Positions 24,388 through 37,002 of a stretch of 64,000 bases of DNA are shown one piece after another (positions within the stretch are counted from its first letter, which is position 1; every line of letters begins with the position of its first letter). The position numbers were made by a program, and so were the translations under genes. A model generated the notes under the pieces. That model was not told the DNA's origin and made no database searches. It was given only the letters and a program-made list of their open reading frames with translations. The stretch is from Blasia pusilla (taxonomy: Eukaryota): NCBI GenBank assembly GCA_050084515.1, contig CM114271.1, forward strand, positions 38,626,001 through 38,690,000. Reading direction: 5' to 3'.

Positions 24388-27300
24388 TCTCCGATGATTC
24401 TTCCTATCGTCACATATGGAATGATATGGGATTGTACTCTGTATGTCCTTATATAGCGATCCATTGACGTCAATAGTCCTGCTCAAGTAGGGTTTAACAC
24501 TAGTTGTGCTATCTTCCTCGTGTACAAGCGTAAAGTAGTTTATAGGGATTTTATAAGTAGGAATTTCGGGGTCCGATGTTACAAAGAAGTGATCGTCTCG
24601 GCAGTTCCATTTGTGATACCTGTCATACGAGAATGGGGAGTATACATAATAATTTTGTATTGAACAAGGAGAACTTCTTAGAGAGTTCACCTTGCATCGA
24701 TCACATCTGCCGCAACTAGAAGGCCCGCCCTTACTCGAAGAAAGGCTCTCAACACGACAACGTACAAACATCATAGTGTGGTTACTTTGAAAGACCATAT
24801 TTCTCCTCTCACGCAATTCGAGAACACTCATGCGCAACCACGCAAGTTGAAATGCTTATGCCTAAAGAAAGTCCGTATATAATTTCGTGGACTTGGGGCA
24901 ATCAGCTTGTGGTTGTAATGATTGATGTTCTATGCTACAAACCTGTGACCTGAGTTGAGATTTTTTGGCAGTAAGGCTCTTAGATTGTGTGTCTTTAGGA
25001 AATTATGGAGTTCACAGGCTTGACATATGCACCATGGTTGGACGGTACTAATGTTTGGGATGGGTGCAGGATGGAAAAGATGTAGGACTCATACATCCTC
25101 TCATGTATGTTATCATAAAGAGGGCCGGTTCTTGATAAAACGCTCTGAAAAGGAAAAGCATGCCTCGAGGACGAGCTTCCAAAGTGCGGGAGGCCGTTTT
25201 CCTAAGAAACATGCCCACAAGCATGCAGGTCTTCGAAGATGGCTTGAGCTGACATTCAGTCTAGTCTAGATGGTGGACATGACAACAAAGTGAGTACCCA
25301 TGCTAATGGCCTCAGGAAACTTCAAAATGATGCATCTGATTTTCTGAGAATTGGTACATTCTGTACATCGTTGGTCAAATACATGTTATATTTGACAGGT
25401 AAATTGAGGATAAAAGAATTCCGATGCCTGGCTCTGCAGAAAGAAGATACGCTTCACAAGAAAAACTGCCAGTGGCACGACAGACCACTAATTAATTAAT
25501 CGGAAAATGCAAAACTATAAATGGAAGCGGGAGGGAGGGGGTGGAAGGGAGTCTGCCCAATCATCTCGACTCATCCACGAAGGAACGACTTCCCGATCTC
25601 TACAAATACTCAGATCCTTGCGCCCACAAAGCATATTTCGCTCAAGGAAGAAGATTCCACTCTCTCATCTTGTCGACGTATGAAAGGAAAATTTTCTCAC
25701 ACAAACAAACATGAGAGAAACGAATGCGCACTTATGCTTGAGCCCTCTCAAGCATTACAATCCAGTCCGTTAGCTTGAATCTAACGGTTGTGAACTGCCC
25801 ACATATGATTGTGCGACACTTGGATATTCTATGTGATGAGATACACAAATAAGAGATAGGGCCAACATAACAAGGTATGTAAGACAAAGCCTACTTGTAA
25901 AGTCCATAATAATAACAAGATGTGCAAATGAAAATATAAAAAAATGGATGGATGGGAGCAAGAATGTGCTGAAATTAACAATCTATCAATCTATAAGAGT
26001 ACTTGTATTAGCACCTCTTCATGATAGATTCTTGCTTGATGCCACAAGTCCAAGGGTTTCGAATTTTTTTATTTCTTTTTGGAGAGATAGGTACTCCCAT
26101 ATCTCTCGAAAACTCTATGGATTATTTTTGGAATTTTCATCACACCACATACTTTGGTATTTTCCCCCTAAAACTTTTGTCCATTTTCAATCACTATTTT
26201 TTTGTGATTATTTCCCATTTTAATGAATTTCAATGTGTTGTTATATTATTATGTTGGATTTTTTGTTTCGAGTCTATGCAATTCAAATTTATCCAAGTAA
26301 GTCATATGTTAGGTTTTAATATTGGAAGATAACTTTTTTTTCACCATATTCCTTTCAATAAATTGTTCCATCACCAATAATATAAACTAACTAGCAACAT
26401 ATAAAATCCCTGATCCTTGATAATGTCATTCAGTGCAGGCACGGTGCAAAAAAGGATGGCACAAAACATCCACGATTGACAAGACATAATACTAGATGAC
26501 ATGATGCGGAGATACACATCATCTTGCTGCTCTTAACAACAACTCAAAAGCCATATTGTTAGTACGGTTTTGTGATCATTGACATTGTAGTACAATCATG
26601 AATCACACAACGTTGCAATTTATAAATGCCTTGTGGTTGTAAGCATCACAAAACAATTACAATCGACTTGGAGTGACTACCTACAAGCACTTTGTGTCCA
26701 TGAGCATCATATGTGGCTCAAACACATTGATTAATACTATCCTCTTTGATAATTAGATGACAAACTTAAGCACGGTCGCGAAGACTAAGCCAATTTGTGA
26801 GTTGCATGTGCAAGTGCAAGTTGGAGATATGCAACATGAGGTGGTAATATGATCATTAAGTATCATTATGAAATTTATGGTGTGATTTCAAGTTCCCATA
26901 AATTGCAACAAATCCATATTAAAATTCAAATAAATTTTACTACCAAGAGAGGCTAACCGTGGGACCTTATTTATTTATTTAAAAGAGAAAAAAATCAAGT
27001 TATGTCCAAGTGTTATCACAATAGAGATCAAGCATATAGCATGTAAGCTTTATGGCCAATTTTATCAATTACTTTTCAGTTTAAGAAAATTAAATTATCT
27101 TAGCACCTTGGAACTTTTTGACACATGCCATAGCTATTTTGGTAACTTTAAAATTCATATTGTAGGATAATTAAGTACTTACTTATTAATTTAATTATTT
27201 TCATTGAAATTTTTTTATAATTTATTATGACAATTCATGTGATAGAAGAACCCCGTAAGGAAGGCGAAGTCCAGTATTGGTTAGGGCGGCGTTCTTAGAT

Positions 27301-30300
27301 CCGTCGACACAATTAGAATATCATCCACAACTCCGTTCATAGGCCACGGAAACAAATCACAAGGCTCCACGCCTTTAGTACATCCACCTTCCCCTCCAAC
27401 TCCTTCGACATGGATCAACAGAACAAGAACGTAACAAAACGGTGTGTCACGTATTATTCCGACACTTCAAGAAAGAACCTACTATTTGCCAACGAGTCTC
27501 GTACCAATAGTTGGATGCATTGTGATCTGGTCACAGGATATATATTGTCAGATTGAGCAGTTAGTGAGAGATGGCTCATCGTGTCCACACGAACTTTCGG
27601 CTGGAGCGCTGTGTTTCTCCTCACGGGCGAACACAACCCGACACGTGGACGGACGAACCGATCCTATAACGAGAACGGGCACTAGTGGAGGAACGGAATG
27701 GACGAAGCTACTATGGCCTCTCCTTGAGACGCTCTAAATCCCACGGGCCTCTCCCTCAGACGCCCGTGGAGATTTGGACGGGTAGAAAATTTAGAGCTAA
27801 ACGGGCCATAGGAGTGGGATATCTCATTATGGAAAGCATAGGGCATCTCATAAATTTATCGTAGGATTGGGCGTCTTAATCTATAGTTTGTTATGTTTCC
27901 AAATGTGTCTGCGGGTGCGGCATGCCATTAGAGGTGGACGCTCATCTCTTACGGCCGGACGTCCAAGACTACATTGCATATGTTTAACTCACGTGCCCTG
28001 GAAATCACAGAATCTGCCAAGATTGAACTTCCTCAGACATAAATGGAAGTCATCCTCATTTTCTGGTCAAATGCTTGAAGGACATAACAGAAATCACGTC
28101 CTCCAAGTGAGATGCCCTAATTTCACCTCCCATAGACGTTTGGTCGGCACGTATTTTTCCACAATAGGTTATTTCATACGCTCTATTCTACGCTATTTTT
28201 TCGTCTTTCCTCTCTAGGAGAAAGTGCGACTTTATAAGGTCGAGATGCCCACACAAATTGAATGCCTTCCAAACAAATTTATGGAAGGTATTATCCTTTC
28301 TTCTAGCCTTTCTTCTCTACGATCCAATTTGATACCCTAACCTCCTCCCTAATGTGCATCGATGTTACCAACACACCAAGGTTTTGTTATTTTGCAAATT
28401 TTAATTTTGTGTATTGTTATGCAATTCCCACTTCCAAGCTACTTTTTATGTATCACACTCAACATGGTCCTCGCTGAAATAGTCACATAATAATTTAAAT
28501 GTTTTCATACAAAAACTTGTGGTGATGGTTACTACAAAATTGGTGTTGTGCATCTTATGCCCTTAACTACAAGGCAACCGCATAGTAACATTTTTGCTCC
28601 TTTGTATTGCTCCCCATAATTCCATGAGCAAATTAGGCAAGAAAAATTGTAATCTTATAAGTATGAGGTAGCTAAGAATTTGGCTAGAGGAATCTTATGG
28701 CATATGCACTCTATCATGATAGTTGTAGTAAAGGGAGAGTAGATAGTGTCGCATGGTAGAGGGGTTGTGTATGTACTTAGGGATGGAGAGTTCGGCATTG
28801 ACATTATTGCACACGTCACATTTTTGGATTTTTCTTGGAACCTTTATGGATGTTCTTCATTAGTTAGAGCGCTTTTGTGCAGGTTGGAGTAACTTATGTT
28901 CACATGTCATGTTCTCCGAGCCTTAAGGGCTTGGAGAGGGGTACTCTAAGGGAAGTTTATAAAGGTTCATCCTTCTACATTTGAGCCTTCCTGGCACATG
29001 ATAAGGTAAGGTGTTGTTGACAATTAAGAATATCTAGATTCTCTCACGTTAAGGGTGGGCTTGGTTTGATTGTTATTTTTTGATTCAAAGAACGGTCTGC
29101 TTTCCATCTAAACTTCAATGTATGATGTTAATATGATGCTTTATGAGTTGTTTTAGTTGTAAGTCTAGGTGTGCAAGAATGTGAAAACATTATATATTAT
29201 ACCGCGATGCATATGCACATGAGAACTCGACGTACATATTCATCACATGTAACTATTTTTTTTAATAACAAATATTCCCACACTTGCATGCATATATATG
29301 ATACATATATGCAAGAGATTTCCAAAATTATTGCAATTACCGTACGAATCTATTAAAAATAGGATTTTGAGCTCGGTTTTGAGTTAAAGAAGACTAATTG
29401 TTTTGTAATTATAATACGAGAATGGAGCGGATCTTTATAGCTTCAAAATACCCTTCATTCTTCATAGAAAATTCTTAATCTCTTGGTGAATATTTGATCT
29501 TATGTTAGACATCATGAGGTGGTATACTATGAACACCATGCATACTTTACTTGTGTTTAGTTGGGACTATAATAAATACGATAATTCAAATGGGTGAGAA
29601 AAACTTGTGAAAAAACGCGTTATGTATACTACATGTATCAAACTTACAAAATAAATCTCTATAGTAAGATAAGAACTCATATACAACAATGAAGAAGTAG
29701 ATTTGAAAGGAAATTAACTTCAATACTGGATATTAAGTTAAACGACTGGCTTGGAAAGAAAGTTTGATGATTACATACCTCGCTTTTAAGAGTAATTATA
29801 AACCAATGAATAATTATCTAAATAAAAATGTGGATTGGATAAGAATTCATGTATACTCGATATGAATAATATAGTGAATAGATTGTAGAACAAGAGGTTG
29901 AGTAGTTTATGATAAATTAAATAAATATAAGGTATACAAGTTCCTAAATCGAAGTTACTTCACTAGAATAATATATAGAAATAAGAATGAACGAGTTATT
30001 TATTTCTTTTTTTGTTGAACATTTCCATTGTATTAAGTATTCAACTTCCCAGTTAATTTTTAAAGATTCCATCCAAAGATTAAGTTTTGACATAACCTTG
30101 TCAAAAAGTGGAAATATTTTCATAGTATTTTAAATGGAGTAAGGAGAGCGAGAAAAATTCATTGATATACATGGATCTTTTCATGGTAAATTCAAAAATA
30201 CGCTGTGAATTCTCAAATTTTGATGGTTGGAGAGAAACAAACTTGATAAGTTCTAAAAGTTAGTCATATAAACTTTAGATATCTAGGCTAGAGAGTCTAT

Positions 30301-30750
30301 GAAATTTTGAATCATTTTCATTCGCAACAATAAGTCCACATCGCATACTTTGTTTCACCATTTATGTCCATAAGAATCGAATGAATTAGTTCTCTCCATT
30401 TAAGTGTTAGAGCGATATGCTGCGTTTAACTTACAAACTCACATACGTTCCATATATGTAAAATTTCCATGTTCCTAATTCTAAAATTTATAATATAATA
30501 TTATGGAGGTGAAATATAAAAAATCTATTCCATCGAAGATTATGAATAACCACAATAACTCAAATGATTCATCAATTCAAGGAAAATAATTTCCAATTAA
30601 AATTGATTATTTAATAGTTGAATATCCAATACAATGTATTAAAACTCGATACATTCAACAAATTAAGTACTATAAAAATACAAATAAAATGGAGCACCAT
30701 ATGGATAACCTTCTTACCGGGCTTTATATGATGGTTAAACATACAACGCC

Positions 30751-30935
30751 ATGAGAACTTTAGGTCGAATAGCTAAGAAAAATACTATATGTAATCCTTG
30801 GATTCAACTACGAGATATAATACAAAAATGTCAACTCAACATGATAAGAACTTTAGGTCAAATAGCTAAGAAAAATCTTGTATGTAATCCATTTACTCAA
30901 CTACGAGAGATGATACAAAATGTTAACTTTATCTA
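30751..30935. repeat. 93-bp tandem duplication
   Basis: AGAACTTTAGGTC.AATAGCTAAGAAAAAT..TCAACTACGAGA at 30754 and 30847. Confidence 0.85.
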
Positions 30936-31297
30936 AATTTGATGGAATGTTGAGGGGAAGAATCATTTTTTTTCATGGGTTTTTATAAAAATAAATAAAT
31001 CAAATTTATTATAGAAGACCGTGATTTATGAACGATCAATTAACTTGAAGGACTTGTCCATAAAGCCCTTCAACTTAGTTTCTTGAAGATTAGGCACCAA
31101 TATCCAAACTCTCAAATATATAACATTATCAATGTTTGGGGTTGAGGAATGTAAAACTCTCCAAAAATCATATAAAATGGAAGAATTTCCAACAAGGGAG
31201 GGTTTCATAAGGGATTTTTTATAAAGTTAAATTTTCAACATAGGACGGGATGAGAGACAAAAAATTTGAATAAGGAAGGAAGGAGGGATAATATTTA

Positions 31298-31422
31298 TTT
31301 TTCCAAAAGGATTATTTCCAAACTATAATAAATGAATAAGAAAAAAACATTTTTAGTATTATATGTTTCTTTTTCAAAAGGATTATTTCTAAACTATAAT
31401 AAATGAATAAGAAAAAAACATT
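31298..31422. repeat. Direct repeat with ~71-bp period
   Basis: CAAAAGGATTATTTC.AAACTATAATAAATGAATAAGAAAAAAACATT occurs twice. Confidence 0.85.
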
Positions 31423-31589
31423 AACAAAAGCATCTTCAAGGGTAAATTGAAAGGAGTAAAATTCCCTCAAAAACTTTATCGTATTTCAAGATCCAAATAT
31501 GAGTCCAAAATGAGAAAAAGACAAGTAGAAAATATTAGCTTTGCAAGTGCAAAAAACCATTCATCTCCACACCTATATGACAAAAAAAA

Positions 31590-34500
31590 AGTTGTTGTTC
31601 CGAGGTAGATGCCTTTGACACCTGATTTGAGCTTTGTCTAGTGTCAACAGACTAAATACGTACTCTTCATGTCCATGGACTTATAGATTTAACTGATGAA
31701 TCTAGGACCTATCCTAATCTTACACTAGTACTTGGGGAAGTTGACGATAATATCGGTTGGTTTACAATCATATTCTTCCCCTCAACAGACGAGTTTAGAG
31801 GTGGAATAGGCTCAGATGGAGCATACCATGACTTTAGCTCATCAAAGACAACATCGTGACTAATTATAAGCTTCCTAGAAGATGGAATGTGGCACTTATA
31901 TCCCTTAGTTCCATGAGCGTAGCCAATGAATATACATCTTTCAGATTTTGGGTATAATTTTTGACGTCTTTTAGAAGGAACATGAGCATAACAAATATAA
32001 CAAAATACTTTCAAGAAGAAAAAACCAGATTTACTTCTTGTTAAGATTTCGAATGGAGTCTTATCATGAACTCATGCTGTTGGAGTTCGATTGATTAAGA
32101 AGACCGCACATGCTACACCCTTTGCCTAATACACCTTAGGCATGTTCTTCTCATTCAACATAGTTCGTGCCATCTCAATAATATGTTGATTCTTCCTCTC
32201 AGCCATTCCATTTTGTTGTGGAGTGTAACAGCAAGTCACTTGACGGTGGATGCTAATCTGACATAAATAATCATCAAACTCTATTGAAAGATACTCTTTT
32301 CTTCCATCACAACGCAATTTCATAATGTGTTATCCACTCTGCTTCTCTACTAGAACTGTAAACGTTTGGTACAGTGAGAATACCTCTGACTTGGCTTTCA
32401 GAAAGTATATCCATATATACCTAGAGAAGTCATCAATAAATCAAACAAAGTACGAATAATCACTAAGGCGATGTTGTGATGTTGTCCACACATCAATGTG
32501 GATTAACTCCAATATCCTAGATGCTCTTCTACCTACTTTGGAAAAGGGAATCTAGTTTGTTTTCTAAATTGGCAAGCAAGACATACCTCTAACATAGTAG
32601 GACTCGCTAATTTAGGGAGTCTTATTACTATATTAGATGATGAAAGACTCTGTAATCTTTGATGATTCATATGTCCTATTCTTTTATGCCACACATTTAA
32701 ATATGTGACTTTTTGGCCGGTTTGACCATACATTGTTGTTTGAATCTCTGACATAGAAACATCTAATTTGAACATTCTACCATATCTAATTCATTTGGCC
32801 ATCATAGTATGGTTATCCATTGTTTCAATAAAACAACCATTTGTGTCAAACTTCAATTGATAACCCTTTTCTATTATGTGTCCTACAGAGATCAAGTTTC
32901 TTGCAATAGTAGGAACATAGAGAACATTTCCAAGAGCACAAAGACCATTTGATGCTATTGGATTTTTATCGATTGCATGATATGATGTTGGGAGTCATCT
33001 CCTATGCGCACAATTGTAAGATCTTTCACCGACTCCAAACTACTAAACCATTTAGCTTGTGAGGTCATGTGATTTGATACACCAGAGTCTATATACCAAT
33101 ATGTTGTCGAGTCTTTCTTGACTATTGCTCCCATATGATGAGTCATGACCAAGAGATGCTCTATTTGTGAATGCTGTTATTCTTGGAACTACTATTAGTG
33201 TTGTTGCTCCACATAGTTTTGTTGCTGTGAGGCTCCTATTCTTATATCTGCCTTCTTCTTGAAGCAAAACTTTACATAGTGATCCTTTATCCCACAGTAA
33301 TTGCAAGATCCAGGGACCCTTTGCTGCTGATATGGACCCCAACGGTTTCCACAATCACCATCTTGTGATTGTATCTGGTACTAGTTCGCACATGATCGAG
33401 TGACATTATATTTAGTCCCTCTTCCTCCATATGCTTGATGTCCACCACGACCACGGAAGCTTCTGCCACGATCTCTGCCTTTTTTTGATCCATAATCTGT
33501 AAATAGCGCACTCTCACTTGCAGACTAGACGAGCTACCACTGCCTACTAGGCGCATCTTTTCACTGATTAACAAAGGGACTAACTCGTGAAAGGTTGGAT
33601 ATTTCTCTCTCATAGAGGTAGAGGTCTCAAAGGACTTGTAATTCTTTGGAAGGCCTTGAAGAGTGAATAAAATCAAATCATCATCTTGTATTGTCACTCC
33701 AATGCTATTCAAATGATCGACAATATGTCTAATACTCAAAATATAATCATTGATGTTCTGCGATCCTTTCCTCACTTCGTTCAATTGCTGTTTCAATTGA
33801 AGCTTTATGACCTTCGTAGATGTCCGGAACAACTTTTCCAATGCATCCCAAACATCCTTCGGAATATCAACATCTTGAATCTGACTTATCATTGGCGAGC
33901 TAATCGTTATTGAAATGTAGTGGTTACTTGCCTTGCACGTTTGTTCCAGGCGCGACAATCAAGTATATTGAGTTACCTTCTAGCTCGGCCTTATCACCTG
34001 TGACAAGCTCCCATACTTCTTGACCCATGAGAAATTGTTTCATGTGAAACTTCCAGACATTGTAATTTTTCTTATCAAGCTATTCGCCTGTGATTACTGT
34101 CGAGGAATACTCCATGACAAACCATTTCACTCACAAAAATATAATTTCATGCTCTCTACTGCTCCAATTGAAGCATAGACCACTTCTAAACCAAAATTGA
34201 CTTGAAATTTGCCAAAATTGATCAATTGTATAAAAGAACAAGTTGAAATTAGCCTATAGAGAGCAAACAACACAACTTTTCTTCACTAATTGCAAATTCC
34301 TATACATAAATTGCTACTGCATGAGCTCATAAATTCAGAATCAAGTGATTTTGGATGCATTGGAAAGCTCTCGACAAGCTCTACAAGACAACTATAACCA
34401 ATCTTTGGCATTATTCTAGCCGATGCGGATCCAGATAGCTAAATTAACCAAGAAAGCCTTAAAAAATGCCTCCAAAGTTTTATCACTGTCAAAGCTCCAA

Positions 34501-34941
34501 GTGAAATCTGCACCCACTGAGCTCTAAACAAAATTTCCTTCTCCCAAACAGAATTTCTGCCTTCTCCTGCCTCTCTTCTCTCCTCAAACTCCAAGAATTT
34601 CAAGTGATGTTCTTCTATTGCTCTGATACCATGTGGAAAACTGCTAAAGAAGCATAATTGGTGGGAAACAGCTCACACTCACATATCACTTTGGAAAACG
34701 AAATTTGTAATGAGAGAATGAGTGGAGGCTGGTCCCCTTCCCAATTATATAGATTATGTACAAGCAACCCTAACACTAAACTTACCCATAGTCTCGATTT
34801 AGATTAAGTGTGATTAACTAACCTTAGTTAAGATAATCGCGCTTAACTGACTAACCAAGATTAAGCTTCCCTACTTCGTGTGAGTACCAAATGTAGCAGT
34901 TCAGGTGTCTTGTGAGCTTGACTATAACTCAATCTTCAATA
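31590..34941 (-). mobile_element. Ty1/copia family A, copy 2 (5' LTR to integrase; RT and RNase H missing)
   Basis: LTR 34632-34941; perfect PBS TGGTATCAGAGC 34620-34631; gag ORF 33287-33958; protease WYIDSGVSNHM; integrase YTPQQNGMAERKN and KVFCYICYAHVP. Homology to the window-end copy stops at about 31590. Confidence 0.92.
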
Positions 34942-35930
34942 ATCACCTGTAACAAGCTCCCATAGTTCTTGACTCATAAAACAAAATTTCATGTGAAACT
35001 TCCAAACATTGTAATTCTCCTTATCTAGCTGATCGTCTCTGATTGTTGTTGAGGAATACTTCATGATAAACGATTTCACTTACAAAAATATAATTTCAGA
35101 CTCTCCACTGCTCCAATTGAAGCATAGACCACTCCTATATATAAATCGACTTAAAAGTTTCCAAGATTGATTAATTGTACAAAAGAACTAGTCGAAATTG
35201 ACCTGTAAAGAGCAAACTGGACAACTTTTCTTCACTAATTGCACTTTCCTACACTGAAATTGCTACTGCATGAGCTCATAATGTCAAAATCGAGATATTT
35301 TGGATGCGTTGGAAAGCTCTCAACGAGCTCCACAAGTAGGATAGACGTAGCCTTAGGAATTAACCGATCGAGATCAGCTTAATCGATCCGGATCTGGATC
35401 GATTTAGCCGATCGATCCAGATGGCTAAATCGATCGGAAAAGCCCTAAAAAATTCCTCCAAAGTTTTATCACCATCAAAGCTCCACCTTAAATCTGCACC
35501 TATTGAGCTCTAAAAAAAATTTCCTCCTCCCAAACTAACATTTTTCCTTCTTTTACCTCTATTTTCTCCTCAAACACCAAGAATTTCAAGTGATGTTCTC
35601 CTATCACTCTAATACCATGTAGAAAACTACTAAAGAAGCATAACTAGTGGGAAGCGGCTCTCACCCTTACACATCTTCATGGAGAACAAAAATTTTCAAT
35701 GAAAGAATGAGTGGACGCTGGTCTCCTTCTCAATTATATAAGGTATGTTCAAGCAACCCTAACCCTAATCTTAACTATAGTCCCAATATATACTAACTAT
35801 GATTAAGTAATCCTAGTTAAGATAATCGCGCTTAACTGACTAACCAATATTAAGCTTTCCTACTTTGTATAAGTACCAAATGTAGTAGTTCAGGTGTCTC
35901 ATGGGCTTCACTGTAACTCAATCTTCAATA
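34942..35930 (-). mobile_element. Ty1/copia family A, copy 3 (LTR, PBS, leader, gag start only)
   Basis: LTR 35618-35930; PBS 35606-35617; 34942-35605 duplicates 33993-34619 and ends abruptly at the LTR of copy 2. Confidence 0.88.
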
Positions 35931-36691
35931 GTACTATGCTAACAAGCACTAGTCACATCGTACTAAATCAAATATGGATTTCAACTCAACTCGTATAGAT
36001 CTTGTTGAACTCTACTACGTCGATATACCATGTGGAAATCATATTCTTGTAATAAAAGAACCTATATTTCAAACTTCCATGTAAGGTTATGAAACTCAAT
36101 CAATCACTTTAGTGATTGGTGATCAATAAGGTGAATAAGGGGGTTATGAAACAAGTAAGAACTAAAATGTGTGACAAACCAAACTGCATCTGAGTATTGT
36201 TTCTAATGTGAGTTTTATTTTGACTCTACAATGTTGTTTGAGCAGCTAGTATAAGCCATTACAAACTCTCTACCCTCATCATCATGCTAGAGAAGCTCCA
36301 CTCCAAGTCCCAACATATTCCAATCTATGTGGAGTTGGAAAGAATATCCCATAAGTAATATCCTCAAGATAGGCATGTACATCAATATATCCTTGAGGAA
36401 TGGAAAGTCTTCTTCATGCTCATCTCCTTATTTCCACTTGGGATCCACCTTCATTAATAAGGTAGAGAGTTTGTAATTGTGCTAAATCCCTTAATATCTT
36501 ATTGATCAAACTTTTCCAATCTCACAAATGCACAAATTTGTCTTATGTCCATAAGGAGTGAAATATGTGAGATAGCCCTTACCTTCATTTAATAAACATC
36601 TAGTCCATAAGGATATATTGTATGAACGAAGTCCTCAATCTAATATTAAAAGAACTTGCACTTACTTAGATGCATCTTCAACCTTATTAGC

Positions 36692-37002
36692 TGTTTGATT
36701 CTCAACATCCACTTTTTGTTGCACATCATTAATTTATTATGCACAACGAGATTTTTTCTATTAATTACTATTATTATGATTTTATATTAATAAAAATGAA
36801 GAAGATAGGTGAAAACATCCTAGTTTTCCAAGTAGTCAAATAGGTGGGAGCCGCAACGAGGGAAATTTCTTGTATCTTGAGTAATCTCTATGTTCAATTT
36901 CCATCAAAGCTCTTCTTTGAACGCATAGCCATACTAGGCTACTTTGTATCTTCAATATTTGTAACATATTTAAGAGATTTTGTCATATTCTATTTTGTCA
37001 CA
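36692..37002 (+). mobile_element. Solo LTR of copia family B
   Basis: TG..CA ends. The 5' part matches 16981 (GATTCTCAACATCCA) and the 3' part matches 12470-12846 (GAAGAAGATAGGT..TCACA). Flanks TTAGC and TTACT are only a partial TSD. Confidence 0.75.

Noticed and set aside
25425-25434. TGCCTGGCTC resembling the start of miR160
   Set aside because: Only 10 nt match and no foldback partner was seen.
27750-27765. CTCTCCCTCA resembling the start of miR477
   Set aside because: Only 10 nt match and it lies in the loop of the hairpin, not an arm.
34632-35930. LTR-internal-LTR unit resembling a TRIM
   Set aside because: No PPT precedes the second LTR and the internal part stops mid-gag. Nested insertion explains it better.
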